From a virus (Duplodnaviria; Caudoviricetes): a stretch of 64,000 bases of DNA. The position numbers and the translations under genes were made by a program. The notes under the pieces are model-generated. The model was not told where the DNA came from. It saw only the letters and a program-made list of their open reading frames with translations, and did not search any database. Where the stretch lies: IMG/VR virus record IMGVR_UViG_3300034108_000283, positions 32,001-96,000 of that record; one strand, written 5' to 3'. Shown piece after piece: positions 36,259 to 44,782 of this stretch (position 1 is the first letter of the stretch; each line of letters starts with the position of its first letter).

Positions 36259-37611
36259 ATGAGTACAGGAATTAATATAGGAAAATCAATTAAAGTACTG
36301 GATGAAGGTTCTACACTTACATCTGATGTAGCACAAATTGACTTTACAGGAACAGGTGTAACAGCTACAACTTCTGGTAATAATGTTACTGTAAATGTAA
36401 CAGGATCTTCTGGTGTTTGGGGTATATCAAATGCTAGTGGAGTTTATACTTACTATGCTACATTAACATTAGCTATGGCTGCTGCAACAGCAGGTCAAAC
36501 AATTGAAATGTTTGCAGATGTAACAGCAACAAGTGTTGTCACTATTAAACCTGATGTTATAATTCAAGGTAACGGTCATACATACACATACTCTGGAAAT
36601 ACAGGAGATGTATTTGCAACCTCAGCTGGGGCAGGAACTTTTACATATTACTTTAACAATTTAACAATAAAAAGAGCAAATACAGCAACTTCAACAGGAG
36701 TAATATTTTCAGGAGATGGAACTGCATTTACTACATCTATAAATTTCAAATTTAATTCAGTATATATAATTTATACTACAACAACAGGCACTGCTTCAAT
36801 AACAACAACAACAGGGTTTGGAGTTTACGGGTGGTCATTTGATGGAGTAGATGTAATTGGTAATTCATCAGGACCTTTATTTGGCACTGCTTTTGCAGTT
36901 AGCAACATAAAAAATAGTAGAATAGAAAACACAGGAACGGGTGGATGTATAGCAACACCTAATATTACAGGCGGTTGTTCTTATGAAAATTGTTATATAA
37001 AAACTAATTCTGGAATAGGAATATTTTGCAATTATCCTTCAGATGTTATAAGAAATTGTACAGGTATATCATCAACAGGAACAGCATTTGCAGGACAATC
37101 AGGTGCATCTGCTTATGATTGTTTTGCTTTTTCAAATACATCCATAGCATTTAATGGATTAGTTTGTTATAATTGCACAGGACAAACAACAACTGGAAAT
37201 GCCTTTTATCAAGCAACTGGTTATAATTGTACTGGTAGGTCAACAACTGGATATACAGTAAGAGCATTTTCAAGTATGTCTAAATTTTACAATAGTTCAT
37301 TTTATTCTTCAGGCTCAATAACTGTTTATGATAATAATTACGGAGCATCATTTTATAACTGTTCAATAATTACAGATTATAATAATGCTGCTGGTCATGC
37401 TATTTCAATTGGTCCATCTTCAGGTAATCCTACTTTTGTAAATAACTATATTCAAGTATTTAATACATCTGCTAACTGTATAATAGGTTCAGCAGCTTTT
37501 ACTGGTGTAATTACAAACACAGTATTTAAAGGAGCAACAACTCCAATAAATGCTAATGTTACTTTATCAGCAGTTACTATTAATACAACTTATAATAATA
37601 TCACAATATAA
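36259..37611 (+). CDS. Tail spike with right-handed beta-helix (pectin lyase-like)
   Basis: Repeating NC/NS rungs, Ser/Thr/Gly-rich. Confidence 0.6.
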   Translation: MSTGINIGKSIKVLDEGSTLTSDVAQIDFTGTGVTATTSGNNVTVNVTGSSGVWGISNASGVYTYYATLTLAMAAATAGQTIEMFADVTATSVVTIKPDVIIQGNGHTYTYSGNTGDVFATSAGAGTFTYYFNNLTIKRANTATSTGVIFSGDGTAFTTSINFKFNSVYIIYTTTTGTASITTTTGFGVYGWSFDGVDVIGNSSGPLFGTAFAVSNIKNSRIENTGTGGCIATPNITGGCSYENCYIKTNSGIGIFCNYPSDVIRNCTGISSTGTAFAGQSGASAYDCFAFSNTSIAFNGLVCYNCTGQTTTGNAFYQATGYNCTGRSTTGYTVRAFSSMSKFYNSSFYSSGSITVYDNNYGASFYNCSIITDYNNAAGHAISIGPSSGNPTFVNNYIQVFNTSANCIIGSAAFTGVITNTVFKGATTPINANVTLSAVTINTTYNNITI

Positions 37612-37934
37612 TGGACACTTATAAAATAGACATATTAAAGCTTTCTGATACTTTGGTATCTCAAAATTTAAAAACTCAAGAGCAAAAATATTTTACAATT
37701 TCTGAATTAACAGGTGAGTATTTAGTGGTATATAATGATTTCATGTCTTTAGTAAATAGTAAAATAACTATTGAATATAATCAAGTATTTGTTGGTGAGG
37801 AAGTTGTAAAAAGATTTGTAGGTATAAATGTTGATGGAATTAATGTAGGAGACTTTCAAGAAGTACTCTATGATAATTTAACTGTAGAAGAAAAATCTAC
37901 ATTTGATGTATTCTATACTGTATTTACTAAGTAA
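37611..37934 (+). CDS. Hypothetical protein (possible spike chaperone)
   Basis: Coupled to the spike gene. Confidence 0.55.
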   Translation: MDTYKIDILKLSDTLVSQNLKTQEQKYFTISELTGEYLVVYNDFMSLVNSKITIEYNQVFVGEEVVKRFVGINVDGINVGDFQEVLYDNLTVEEKSTFDVFYTVFTK

Positions 37935-38007
37935 AAATACCTAGTAACCTATTGTAGTTTCAATTATTTTTAGTATATTATAAGTATATATTTATAACAT
38001 AATAACA

Positions 38008-38274
38008 ATGGCCACAGAATCACTACCAATAGCAATTTTTATAGCAAGTACCATTTTTGCTATATTTGGATACTTTTTAAAAATGATCCATGGAGATGTC
38101 AGAAAAAATACAGAAGAACTTGGAAAGTTAAAAGGTAAAATAGAACTAGTACAACAAGAAACACAGATAAAATATCAAGCATTGCAAGAGCTTACTCAGC
38201 TTGAGATAAAAAACTTAGCAAAGAATGTAGGTGAATTATCAGATGCTGTTAAGTTGTTTATATCTAACAAATAA
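38008..38274 (+). CDS. TM plus coiled-coil protein (lysis cluster)
   Basis: N-terminal TM helix then heptad-rich region. Confidence 0.6.
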   Translation: MATESLPIAIFIASTIFAIFGYFLKMIHGDVRKNTEELGKLKGKIELVQQETQIKYQALQELTQLEIKNLAKNVGELSDAVKLFISNK

Positions 38275-38276
38275 AT

Positions 38277-38528
38277 ATGAAAGAATTGAAAGGAAGATGG
38301 AAAGCCAAAACACCTAAGTTTTGGAAAAGAGTACAACAGATTGCAATAGTAGCCGGAACAATAGCAGGTGTTATTATTGCAGCTCCAGTGGCTTTACCAG
38401 CAGCCATTATAACAGTAGCTGGATATGTAGCAACAGCAGGAACAGTAGCTGCTACATTATCACAATTAACAGTAGAAGATGCTAAAGAACTAGAAGATGT
38501 TGACAATTCAACAGACAGTTTGAAATAG
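38277..38528 (+). CDS. Putative holin
   Basis: RW.AKTPKFWK.VQ N-terminus, two TM helices, charged tail. Confidence 0.6.
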   Translation: MKELKGRWKAKTPKFWKRVQQIAIVAGTIAGVIIAAPVALPAAIITVAGYVATAGTVAATLSQLTVEDAKELEDVDNSTDSLK

Positions 38529-38562
38529 ATTACTAAATTTTAATAACTAAAAACAAATAAAA

Positions 38563-38865
38563 ATGGCAAAGAAAAAAGAAGTTAATGTTGAGTTAGAAGT
38601 AACAACAAAAACTAAAAGAGCTTATGTTAAGAAAGATAACAAAAACTTAGATGTAGTTATTGATACACCTAAAGTTGATGTAGAAGTACACGCTACAGAA
38701 ACAGAACAACATGTTAAAATTGATACTAAGAAATTAGATATTGAAATTACTAAAACTGCAGAAGGTTCTAAAGTTACAATAGATGCTGATAACAAAATAC
38801 TAGAAAAAGTAGGAACTACATTTAGCTCTTGGATACTTAAACGTCTAGCTAAAAAAAATAGTTAG
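38563..38865 (+). CDS. Hypothetical protein with internal beta repeats
   Basis: Repeated V.IDT.K.DV.V units. Confidence 0.6.
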   Translation: MAKKKEVNVELEVTTKTKRAYVKKDNKNLDVVIDTPKVDVEVHATETEQHVKIDTKKLDIEITKTAEGSKVTIDADNKILEKVGTTFSSWILKRLAKKNS

Positions 38866-38890
38866 TAATAAGGTTTAGTAATAACCTGCA

Positions 38891-40006
38891 ATGAAAAATT
38901 TACCAAAAGAAGAGTTATTAAGCAGGCTTGAAGCAATTAATAGAAGTAACGCTATTATTTACTTTGACCTTGGTGGCACCATCACAGGTGTTAATGACAT
39001 TTTTTTGGAAGCAATGGGTTACGGTAAAGGTAATCATGAAGACATTATAGGTAAGCACCATAGCATTTTTGTATGTGATGATTACTCAAGATCACTTGAG
39101 TATGAAAAGTTTTGGGATATCTTAAGAAGTGGTAAGCATTACACTGGAGAGTTTGAAAGAAGAAAAAAAGATGGAAGTCTTATAAATCTTCAAGCAACTT
39201 ATAATCCTATTTTAAATGAAGATGGTAAGATTACCAAGATAATGAAAATTGCTACTGACGTTAGTGTAATTGTCAATAGTAAGAAACAGATAGATGCAAT
39301 CAATAGAAGCACTGCTCTGATTAATTTTAACATAGATGGTTTTATAACAGATGTAAATTCTATATTCTTAGAAACCATGGGTTATAAGGGCAATGAAAAA
39401 GCCAAAGTCATTGGAAAACATCACAGTGTTTTTGTAAGCTATGAGTATTCTAAGTCTGATGAATATGCTAAGTTCTGGGAAAGCTTGAGAAAAGGTAAGT
39501 ACTTTGATGGAATCTTTGAAAGAAAAAAAGTAGATGGTTCTACTGTTTATTTGCAAGCATCTTACAACCCTGTATTTGACAGCAAAGGAAATATTACAGA
39601 TGTAGTTAAAATTGCAACTGATGTTACTGAAGCTGTAACTAACAAGGCAAAAATAGATGATCTTACAAAAAACTTACAAATAGAACTTGAGAATTCTCAA
39701 AAACTGAAAAACTCAATAGAGATAGAAAAGGATGCAGCTTTAAATGACTTAGATGTAATGATGAAAAAAAGTCAAAGTGAGCTGATAAAAATTATTGTCA
39801 AAGTTGCATTGTCTGTTATAGTTGGGGTTGGAGTTGTGACAACAGTATTATACTGGATGGCTATTATAACAAATCAAGACACACAGATTATTGGTTCAAC
39901 ATGGAGTAACATGTTTAGTGTATTATTAACAAATGCCTTCTCTATAGTTGGTACAATCATGGGTATCAAGTATGCTACTCAGGAAGGCGGTAAAGAAAAA
40001 AAATAA
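38891..40006 (+). CDS. Tandem PAS/PAC sensor, coiled coil and two TM helices
   Basis: Two copies of AINRS.A.I.F...G.I..VN..FL..MGY.....IGKHHS.FV......EY.KFW..LR.G....G.FER.K.DG....LQA.YNP.....G.I....KIATDV, the PAS type of BdlA-like chemoreceptors; no MCP or kinase domain. Confidence 0.9.
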   Translation: MKNLPKEELLSRLEAINRSNAIIYFDLGGTITGVNDIFLEAMGYGKGNHEDIIGKHHSIFVCDDYSRSLEYEKFWDILRSGKHYTGEFERRKKDGSLINLQATYNPILNEDGKITKIMKIATDVSVIVNSKKQIDAINRSTALINFNIDGFITDVNSIFLETMGYKGNEKAKVIGKHHSVFVSYEYSKSDEYAKFWESLRKGKYFDGIFERKKVDGSTVYLQASYNPVFDSKGNITDVVKIATDVTEAVTNKAKIDDLTKNLQIELENSQKLKNSIEIEKDAALNDLDVMMKKSQSELIKIIVKVALSVIVGVGVVTTVLYWMAIITNQDTQIIGSTWSNMFSVLLTNAFSIVGTIMGIKYATQEGGKEKK

Positions 40007-40010
40007 AATT

Positions 40011-40286
40011 ATGAAAAAGATTTTTAAAGAATTAGTATCAGATGCTAATGAGATAAATGAGCAAAGCTTTGTTGGAGTAGTAGCATTTTTTGCTATGGTA
40101 TTTATTTTAATAGTTGATGTAGTTACAGGTATTTGGGGTAAAGAACTGGTCATAAAAGAATTTATCTTTGATGGCTTTATGATCATTACTCTTGGAGCCT
40201 TTGGAATTACTACAGCAGGTAAAATTATGTCAAACAAAAAAAACAATCAAAATGAAAATAACCAAGACGGGGAAAGCGGGAATTGA
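40011..40286 (+). CDS. Two-TM holin-like protein (start MKKIFK)
   Basis: Two TM helices, polar tail, overlaps the lysozyme start. Confidence 0.6.
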   Translation: MKKIFKELVSDANEINEQSFVGVVAFFAMVFILIVDVVTGIWGKELVIKEFIFDGFMIITLGAFGITTAGKIMSNKKNNQNENNQDGESGN

Positions 40287-40710
40287 GATGATTAAAGCTT
40301 TTGAAGGGTTTAGAGGAACTCCTTACAAATGTTCTGCAGGTGTCCCTACAATAGGATACGGAGCTACTTTTTATCCAGGTGGTAAAAAGGTAACAATGAC
40401 AGATGCAGCTATAACAGAAGAACAAGCTGTTGAACTGTTAGCAAACATGCTTGTAAGTTTTGAAAAATATGTAGATAGCTATTGTGTAGATACTATCACA
40501 CAAAATCAGTTTGATGCATTAGTTTCATTTGCTTACAACTTAGGACCAGCAAATTTAAAATCTTCTACATTACTTAAAAAAGTAAATGCAAATCCTAATG
40601 ATGAGTCAATCAAATTAGAATTCCTAAAGTGGGTTAAAGCTGGAGGTAAAACATTAAAAGGTCTTGTAAGAAGAAGAGAGGCTGAAGCAGAATTATACTT
40701 TAAAAAATAG
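40252..40710 (+). CDS. Endolysin, GH24 lysozyme
   Basis: FEG....Y....GVPTIGYG.T, QNQFDALVSFAYNLG, GLVRRR.AE. Confidence 0.95.
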   Translation: MKITKTGKAGIEMIKAFEGFRGTPYKCSAGVPTIGYGATFYPGGKKVTMTDAAITEEQAVELLANMLVSFEKYVDSYCVDTITQNQFDALVSFAYNLGPANLKSSTLLKKVNANPNDESIKLEFLKWVKAGGKTLKGLVRRREAEAELYFKK

Positions 40711-40714
40711 AACC

Positions 40715-41176
40715 ATGCAATTAAGTAAAAATTTATCATTAGCAGAAGTAACAAGAAGTGAAACTGCAAAGAGAAAAGGAATTAGCAATATGCCAACTCC
40801 TGAGCACATTGAGAACTTTAAAAAGTTAGCTGAGAATGTCTTTCAGCCAATCCGTGAGCACTTTGGTGTTCCTATTCATATTTCATCTGGGTACAGAAGC
40901 AAAGCTTTGAATACTGCTGTTGGAGGAAGTTTGTCCTCACAACATTGTCAAGGTGAAGCAATTGATATTGATATGGATGGTACATCAATAACCAATGCTC
41001 AAATCTTTAACTTTATCAAAGACAATTTGAATTTTGATCAAATGATTTGGGAATTTGGTACAGACACTAATCCTGACTGGGTTCATGTATCTTATGAATC
41101 TACAGGTAAACAACGTAAACAAATTTTAAAAGCTATTAAACAGGGTGGGAAAACAATTTATACACCTTATAAATAA
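40715..41176 (+). CDS. Peptidase M15 family endolysin
   Basis: SSGYRS..LN..VGG...SQH..GEAID...WVHVS. Confidence 0.9.
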   Translation: MQLSKNLSLAEVTRSETAKRKGISNMPTPEHIENFKKLAENVFQPIREHFGVPIHISSGYRSKALNTAVGGSLSSQHCQGEAIDIDMDGTSITNAQIFNFIKDNLNFDQMIWEFGTDTNPDWVHVSYESTGKQRKQILKAIKQGGKTIYTPYK

Positions 41177-41182
41177 AAAGTA

Positions 41183-41341
41183 ATGAAGTTTAGAAACAAC
41201 TGGAAAGGCTCAAGAAGACAGTGGGATAAAATAATGCTAAGACTGAGAATCTCAGCATTAGATATCTTTACATTAGAACTAGATTATTCCAGAGACTTCT
41301 ATCTTCTAACAGTTTTAAACTTTACTATTAAAAACAGATAA
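41183..41341 (+). CDS. Small hypothetical protein (52 aa)
   Basis: MKFRNNWKGSRRQWDKIMLRLRIS...; fills the gap. Confidence 0.55.
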   Translation: MKFRNNWKGSRRQWDKIMLRLRISALDIFTLELDYSRDFYLLTVLNFTIKNR

Positions 41342-41343
41342 CT

Positions 41344-41637
41344 ATGAAAAATGGATTAAAAGGAGTTACAGATGCTACAGTATTCTGTAAGTCAATGCAA
41401 AAAAATAGCCCTAAACCAATGATTAGATCAATGAAAAGCTATGAAGTAGGGGGTGCTACTGAACAATGCGGACCTGGTGATAGAGGAAAAGGTTGCAGAA
41501 AAAAAACAAAGTATAAAAGCAGTGGTAGATCAAGCAGTGGTGGTGATGCTACTTTAGTGGGAAAAATAGCTGGAGGATTAGCTGGTGTAGGTGCTGCACT
41601 TGGTCTTGGTAAATATGTAAAGAATAACAAAGATTAA
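41344..41637 (+). CDS. Basic protein with YEVGG motif and C-terminal hydrophobic helix
   Basis: ORF track. Confidence 0.55.
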   Translation: MKNGLKGVTDATVFCKSMQKNSPKPMIRSMKSYEVGGATEQCGPGDRGKGCRKKTKYKSSGRSSSGGDATLVGKIAGGLAGVGAALGLGKYVKNNKD

Positions 41638-41660
41638 GTTAACTACTTAAAGTATACAGA

Positions 41661-41690
41661 TCCAGGTATGTACTATGCCTGGATTTTTGT
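41661..41690 (+). terminator. Intrinsic terminator
   Basis: ATCCAGG/CCTGGAT plus T-run; TATATTTG promoter follows at 41722. Confidence 0.7.
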
Positions 41691-41752
41691 TTTTAAATAT
41701 ATCTAGTTTAAACTTTTATTGTATATTTGTCTAAACTTAAAATTAAAAACCA

Positions 41753-42058
41753 ATGGAAAACCAACAAGAACAAATGGAGAATCTATCTCCAGAACAGCTA
41801 GCAGCAAGAAAAGAAGAGATGAAACAATTCTTTGAAGAGGCCTTACCTTACTTAAAAGCACAAGCTGAATATGAAAAGTTATTAGCTGATATCTCTGAAC
41901 TTAAGTTAAGAAGACTTCAATCAGATCATCAGTATGCAATGGCTATGTATCAGATAAACAATCCAGAACCATTAGAAGAAGATCTTGATGAAGAAGGTGT
42001 GGAATTAGAAGGTAGAGTTAATTCTGAAACAGCTAAAAGAAAGCTTAAAAAGAATTAA
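41753..42058 (+). CDS. Coiled-coil hypothetical protein
   Basis: ORF track. Confidence 0.65.
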   Translation: MENQQEQMENLSPEQLAARKEEMKQFFEEALPYLKAQAEYEKLLADISELKLRRLQSDHQYAMAMYQINNPEPLEEDLDEEGVELEGRVNSETAKRKLKKN

Positions 42059-42060
42059 TA

Positions 42061-42441
42061 ATGGCACTTGTTAATCAGGTACAGAAGCGTGTCAAGATGC
42101 CTAAATGGGATGTTGTAAAATTTCAGATACTCACACATTGTTATATTAACCGTATAACCATGAGTGAATCTGATTTGAACTGTCTTACCTTGTTAAGTTT
42201 TAATGAACCTATAGAACTTACAAACTTTTGTTTGGATGCTTCTGCAGAAGAAGATTGGATATTTAAGTCACCACAGACTGTTAGAAACTGTATTAATAAA
42301 GCAGAGAAAAACAATCTTGTGATAAAAGATACAGATAATAAGAAATTGATTATGCTGAATCCAAACTTAATGATTCAGACTAAAGGTTCAATTTTACTTG
42401 ACTATAAATTCTTAGGCAATGATACCGAAGAAGGCCAATAA
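42061..42441 (+). CDS. Putative wHTH DNA-binding protein
   Basis: S.QTVRN.I.K..K..L HTH-like pattern. Confidence 0.5.
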   Translation: MALVNQVQKRVKMPKWDVVKFQILTHCYINRITMSESDLNCLTLLSFNEPIELTNFCLDASAEEDWIFKSPQTVRNCINKAEKNNLVIKDTDNKKLIMLNPNLMIQTKGSILLDYKFLGNDTEEGQ

Positions 42442-42808
42442 GTTATATAAACAGTTGTCAGAAGATTTAAATGTTGAAGAGGATTTGATAGATAAATTTA
42501 TTGAACACTACTACAAAGATATAAGGTCAGCATTGGTAAACTTAAAATATCCAAGAATCAATGTTGATGGTTTAGGTCACTTTGTAGTAAAACCCACTTT
42601 AGTAAGATCTCATATACCAAAATTTACTAAAGATTTATCTGAACATGATACTTCAACATTTACAGCTTACCATACTAAAAAAGGCTTAGAGTTAAAGTTA
42701 GATCAGCTTATAGAACTAGAACATAAAATAAGTTTAGAGGAAATAAGAAAAGAAGAATTTAAAAAAAACAAAAATGAAAGCAGTACTAAAAACAATCTGG
42801 GAGAATAG
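42419..42808 (+). CDS. HU/IHF-like DNA-binding protein
   Basis: I.V.GLG.F.VK motif. Confidence 0.55.
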   Translation: MIPKKANKLYKQLSEDLNVEEDLIDKFIEHYYKDIRSALVNLKYPRINVDGLGHFVVKPTLVRSHIPKFTKDLSEHDTSTFTAYHTKKGLELKLDQLIELEHKISLEEIRKEEFKKNKNESSTKNNLGE

Positions 42809-43082
42809 AAAAGGTATCCTAGAAGGTATTAAGAACTCAATCATTAGAGATGAGTTTGTAGAAGACATAGCACGGATGAGACATGACATCTGTGATGGCT
42901 GTGAGCACTTAGATACTAAAGGTAAAGAATGTGCTGTAAAGAAAACACAACCCTGTTGTGCTGAGTGTGGATGTTCATTAGCATTTAAGACCCGGTCATT
43001 ATCATCAGAGTGCCCATTAGGTAAATGGGATGCTATAGCTACAGAAGAACAAGAAGAAGAATTAGATAACCTTAAAGATTAA
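42774..43082 (+). CDS. Cys-rich zinc-binding protein
   Basis: R..IC..C...C..CGC.L..K.R.....CP.GKW. Confidence 0.65.
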   Translation: MKAVLKTIWENRKGILEGIKNSIIRDEFVEDIARMRHDICDGCEHLDTKGKECAVKKTQPCCAECGCSLAFKTRSLSSECPLGKWDAIATEEQEEELDNLKD

Positions 43083-43086
43083 TATT

Positions 43087-43428
43087 ATGTATATGGATCC
43101 AAATAAATATCCTATTGGAATGTTAGTTAATGACCCTACTCAAATAGTTAATACTAATCCTATTCCTGGACAAACTATAACTACTACCACAGCAGATGGA
43201 ATATTTAGTAGAATGAACACAGTTCTGGAAGACCCATGGGTACATCCTTTGAAAGCTATAGAAGATAAAATTACTAAGCTAGAAACAGAGAACAAGTTTC
43301 TAAGACTAAAGATACTTTCTATAGAGGGTAAGTTTACACAGGAAGAGGTAACTAATATCAGAAAGATGTTGATATCTGAAGATGAAGCATCTAGAACATT
43401 AGCTAATACTATTATAGAAAATGCTTAA
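43087..43428 (+). CDS. Hypothetical protein
   Basis: Ends with the ML.SED motif. Confidence 0.6.
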   Translation: MYMDPNKYPIGMLVNDPTQIVNTNPIPGQTITTTTADGIFSRMNTVLEDPWVHPLKAIEDKITKLETENKFLRLKILSIEGKFTQEEVTNIRKMLISEDEASRTLANTIIENA

Positions 43429-43431
43429 AAG

Positions 43432-44262
43432 ATGATAAAGTTTAATGCAGATAATCATAGTTACACCAGTATAGATGGAGAAGCTATTGACTGGATAAGT
43501 GTAACAACACTTGTTTCCCATTTTAAGAAACCTTTTGATGCTAAAGCAGTAGCAGAGAAAGTAAGTAAAAGCAAAAGATCTAAATGGGCTGGAGTAGATC
43601 CTAAGATTATCCAAGAGATCTGGTATAATGAATCTACTAGATCCACTACTCTTGGTACATGGTATCATAACCAAAGAGAAGATGACTTGTGTGCATTAGC
43701 ATCATTAAGTGTAGAAGGAACTACTATACCTGTATTTAGACCTGCAGAGGTTAAAGAAGGTGTCAAGATAGCTCCATCACAAAAATTAGAACCAGGCGTG
43801 TATCCAGAACATATGGTCTATTTAAGATCAGCAGGTATCTGTGGACAATCAGATTTAGTGGAAGTAGTCAATGGTAAAGTAAACATCATTGACTACAAAA
43901 CTAATAAAGAGATAAAGAAAGAGTCATATGTAAATTGGGAAGGAATATCTGATAAGATGTCTCATCCTGTAAATAACTTAGATGACTGTAACTTTTATCA
44001 TTATGCTTTACAGCTCAGCATTTATATGTATATTATATTGAAGCATAATCCTAAACTAAGACCCGGAAATATATTTATACACCACATAACATTTGAAGTA
44101 GAGAAAGAAGATCAGTGGGGATATCCTATTGCCAAACTAGATGACAATGGAGAACCTATAGTAAAAGAAGTAATACCAATGGAAGTACCTTATTTAGTAG
44201 ATGAAGTGCATGCTATTATTCACTATCTTCATGACAACAAAGCCAAAATTAAAAAGAAATAA
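43432..44262 (+). CDS. PD-(D/E)XK exonuclease
   Basis: H.Y, SVTT, GT..H, G..DL, IIDYKT and Y.LQLS.Y motifs. Confidence 0.85.
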   Translation: MIKFNADNHSYTSIDGEAIDWISVTTLVSHFKKPFDAKAVAEKVSKSKRSKWAGVDPKIIQEIWYNESTRSTTLGTWYHNQREDDLCALASLSVEGTTIPVFRPAEVKEGVKIAPSQKLEPGVYPEHMVYLRSAGICGQSDLVEVVNGKVNIIDYKTNKEIKKESYVNWEGISDKMSHPVNNLDDCNFYHYALQLSIYMYIILKHNPKLRPGNIFIHHITFEVEKEDQWGYPIAKLDDNGEPIVKEVIPMEVPYLVDEVHAIIHYLHDNKAKIKKK

Positions 44263-44264
44263 CA

Positions 44265-44780
44265 ATGCTGATTAAACTATTTGATGTACAGAATAAAACA
44301 GTTGTTCCTACTGAACACTGTTATACACTGAAGTCTCTTAAAGATATAATGGATGATTATCCAGATGACTATCTTAAAATATATCAGTATTTATTTTATA
44401 TGACATGCCCGGATCCAGATATGAATCCTTTCTTCCATACACCCCATATAGAGAAAGAATCATTAATCATGCGGGAGATAGAAGCAGAATTCTCTACAGA
44501 AGACACTGAGATATATAATGCATTAAGATTCTGTGAGAAACTATATGAAACTCCAACCTCACGCGCGTACGGAGGTATGCAGAAAGCACTAGATAGAATA
44601 TCTAATTACCTAGCTACTGCACAGATTACTGATGGTAAAGATGGTAATATAGCTCAGATAAGAGCATTAGCAAAAGACTTTGATGGTATTAGACAATCCT
44701 TTAAAGGAGTCTACAAAGATCTACAGGATGAACAACAAAGCAAAGTCCGTGGTGGTCAGGGTCTTGCATATGATAGTTAG
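44265..44780 (+). CDS. Putative terminase small subunit
   Basis: Directly upstream of terL; C-terminal RGG. Confidence 0.45.
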   Translation: MLIKLFDVQNKTVVPTEHCYTLKSLKDIMDDYPDDYLKIYQYLFYMTCPDPDMNPFFHTPHIEKESLIMREIEAEFSTEDTEIYNALRFCEKLYETPTSRAYGGMQKALDRISNYLATAQITDGKDGNIAQIRALAKDFDGIRQSFKGVYKDLQDEQQSKVRGGQGLAYDS

Positions 44781-44782
44781 TC

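Noticed and set aside
31098-37611. Diversity-generating retroelement acting on fibre genes
   Set aside because: No reverse transcriptase and no template/variable repeat pair differing at adenines was seen in the window
38891-40006. Methyl-accepting chemotaxis protein or bacterial contamination
   Set aside because: No MCP signalling hairpin; composition and tight gene packing match the flanking phage genes
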